From Candidatus Poribacteria bacterium (GTDB taxonomy: Bacteria > Poribacteria > WGA-4E > WGA-3G): a stretch of DNA of 64,000 bases. Where the stretch lies: the NCBI GenBank assembly GCA_963663765.2, contig CAXXUA010000002.1, forward strand, positions 237,894 through 301,893, in the 5' to 3' direction. The position numbers and the translations under genes were made by a program. Under the pieces are notes generated by a model. The model saw only the letters and a list, made by a program, of their open reading frames with translations, was not told the DNA's origin and searched no databases. Each line of letters opens with the position of its first letter. The stretch's first letter is position 1. Positions 61,721 through 64,000 of this stretch are shown here, piece by piece.

Positions 61721-61857
61721 TATAGTGGATTTTAGAATTATTTTTACACTTTCAGGTTTAGGAAGGAACTCCGATTCCCGACTATCAAGGCGTTCAGTCG
61801 CGATTCGGAGATCGCTCCTACAGAAAAAGTGAAAACTTAATTGTATATTTCACTATA
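61721..61857. mobile_element. IS630-like MITE with a REP-like inverted pair
   Basis: TATAGTG...CACTATA ends; internal TAGGA...TCCTAC hairpins. Confidence 0.6.
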
Positions 61858-62082
61858 AACCTTAAAGTTAATTGAAACTTATGGAGAATTTAGATAATAA
61901 GTTTTCATTTATACAATTTACCATATTGACGGTTATGTAAGTATTCTATTCTTTTATTTGGTAGAAGCGATCAGGTGAATGTCTATGCGAGAATGCGTGA
62001 ATACTGTTAGTTTGTGTACACATCTGCACAAGCTAACATTTTGTGCTACAAAATGTCCAAATATTTATGTGCTTTACTATAA

Positions 62083-63540
62083 CAATACCTTCGCCAAAAA
62101 TTAGTTGAATAAAATGGGTTTTTGTCCTATGGTGTTTACATTATAATTACAAAACAAAAGGACAAATACCCATGTTAGAAATTATAGCACTTTTTTCAAT
62201 TCTTAATCCATGTATTTCAAAAACAACGATCCGTCAGTTATGTCAAGTTGTATTCGCACTACTTGCGATGACAGGACGGGTCACCATGTTAAATATCTCT
62301 CGTTGGACATTAAAAGGAGGTAGTTACCGCACTATACAACGCTTTTTCAACACAGTTCTTCCTTGGACGACAATGTGTTGGACTTTTTTTCGCACACACT
62401 TGCTTGATCATGAGAGTGTTTATATCTTAGCAGGCGATGAAGTTGTCAGAAGCAAAGATGGAAAATGCACCTATGGTTTATCACGCTTTTTTTCCTCATT
62501 GCATGGGAAAAGCATACCCGGTTTATCGTTCTTAGCCATATCCTTAGTCAGTGTATCTCAGCGACGTTCCTACCCGATGGCTATTGAGCAAATCGTTCGG
62601 TGTGAAAAAACTTCAAAGCCTGCTGCCGCTCCGACTAAACAGTCAGACATCACCAACAAGACAGCAAAATCTAAAGGTGGACGTCCAAAAGGGAGCCGAA
62701 ACAAAAATAAAAGAGATGTCGTTCTCAGTGATACTTTGAAACAACTTCAAACGCTGCTCAAAAAAGTGCTACAACTAATAAATAACTTGATACCCATCCG
62801 TTATTTTGTCCTGGATGGCTATTTTGGAAATAATAACGCTCTACAAATGGTAAATCAATGTGGTCTCCATCTTATTTCAAAACTACGCACCGATGCTGCG
62901 TTGCATTTTCCACCGACAACACCTTACAAGGGACGCGGACGGCGTGCGATCTATGGAGAACGTGTCAATCCACATAAGATTGATGAAAAATACTCTATTT
63001 TTACACAGACAGCGGACAATCTGAGAACTGATGTGTATCAAATGGAACTACACCACAAAAAGTTCCCCGACCCATTGAATGTCGTTTGTATCAAAAAAAC
63101 AAACCTAACCACTAAACAGCAAGCTTACGTCTTATTATTCAGTTCTGATTTAGAACTTGACGCAGAAAAAATGATAGATTATTATTCGCTCCGTTTTCAA
63201 ATTGAGTTCAACTTTCGTGATGCAAAACAGTATAGGGGTATGCAAGGTTTCATGAATGTAAACAAAACCCCAGTGAACAATGCAGCGAATATGTCAATGT
63301 TTATGATAAATGTAAGTGCAAAACTCTCGGAAAAATACAGATGTCAAAATCCCGTATATAGTGTATTAGATCTTAAATCGCACTACCGAGGTCTGAAATA
63401 TATACATGAAATATTAAAAATACTTCCGCAAAAAACCTGAACCTATTGTTATTCAGCAAATCACTGAACGCCTGAGTTCAATCGGTGCTATTCACAACAC
63501 TCAAGCCAATCTTAATCCTGGATAATTGGCGAAGGTATTG
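62083..63540 (+). mobile_element. IS4-family (ISPepr1-like) insertion sequence
   Basis: Perfect 15-bp TIR CAATACCTTCGCCAA; 6-bp TSD CTATAA (62077-62082 and 63541-63546). Confidence 0.92.
62172..63440 (+). CDS. DDE transposase, C-terminus probably cut short by a frameshift
   Basis: LAGDE, LDGYF, YSLRFQIEFNFRDAKQ (YREK-like) motifs. Confidence 0.88.
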   Translation: MLEIIALFSILNPCISKTTIRQLCQVVFALLAMTGRVTMLNISRWTLKGGSYRTIQRFFNTVLPWTTMCWTFFRTHLLDHESVYILAGDEVVRSKDGKCTYGLSRFFSSLHGKSIPGLSFLAISLVSVSQRRSYPMAIEQIVRCEKTSKPAAAPTKQSDITNKTAKSKGGRPKGSRNKNKRDVVLSDTLKQLQTLLKKVLQLINNLIPIRYFVLDGYFGNNNALQMVNQCGLHLISKLRTDAALHFPPTTPYKGRGRRAIYGERVNPHKIDEKYSIFTQTADNLRTDVYQMELHHKKFPDPLNVVCIKKTNLTTKQQAYVLLFSSDLELDAEKMIDYYSLRFQIEFNFRDAKQYRGMQGFMNVNKTPVNNAANMSMFMINVSAKLSEKYRCQNPVYSVLDLKSHYRGLKYIHEILKILPQKT

Positions 63541-63569
63541 CTATAAAGTACACATTTCAAGTACACATT

Positions 63570-64000
63570 TCAGTTTTCCTTTACAGAGATTTTAGCGTGA
63601 AAAGCGTTAATACTTCCCTTTTCATTTGATGCCCAACCCATACCAACTAATTTATAGATCTGTCCAATATTGAAACGATGTGTCAGTTGTCCTTTTTCAC
63701 AAGGTTCATACCATCCAATATCATGTGCTCCATCAAACATTGTCCCATCTGGACGTTTATTGTCAGTATCATAGGTAAGTTTATGTTCTGCATCAAGGAG
63801 AAAGAATGAACCGTACGCTTTATTGTCTCCCAATTCCATATCAATGGATAGCGTACCCGGTTTCTTAAACGCGGTAGTATCAATTACGACTATGGTATAA
63901 TCCTGATGGCCATATTCAGGTGTGCGGAAAACGTCTAAAACCTGTTGTGATGGTTTATCGGGTGTGAGAATAATATTACCAAATCCTGGGAGTTTTCCTA
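63570..64000 (-). CDS. Hypothetical protein, 3' part (frame open to window edge)
   Basis: Frame of ORF 63570..63839 has no stop up to 63998 (GKLPGFGNIIL...). Confidence 0.65.
   Translation of the reverse strand, partial: GKLPGFGNIILTPDKPSQQVLDVFRTPEYGHQDYTIVVIDTTAFKKPGTLSIDMELGDNKAYGSFFLLDAEHKLTYDTDNKRPDGTMFDGAHDIGWYEPCEKGQLTHRFNIGQIYKLVGMGWASNEKGSINAFHAKISVKEN

Noticed and set aside
1-64000. tRNA-Sec, selA/selB/selD, rRNA or tRNA genes
   Set aside because: None recognised in this window, so the Sec machinery needed for the top finding must be verified elsewhere in the genome.

Overview
AT-rich bacterial chromosomal window. Four PhyH-family dioxygenases, a sulfatase and repeat-laden spacers suggest Candidatus Poribacteria or a similar lineage (inference only). 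It holds housekeeping genes (scpA/scpB, thrC, era, a double-length uvrA, zapA, aroE, recN, nadK), metabolic genes, type III and type II restriction-modification loci, IS4/IS3/IS1595 elements and at least seven families of nested MITE/REP-like repeats, several with clear target-site duplications. The top finding is missed by the ORF track. An archaeal-type geranylgeranyl reductase gene (16276..17469) has an in-frame TGA at 16411 exactly at the conserved catalytic Cys (PLR-U-AEG versus PVR-C-GEG). A bacterial SECIS-like hairpin follows immediately, and a 2[4Fe-4S] ferredoxin gene lies just upstream. This is a candidate selenocysteine-containing prenyl reductase system.
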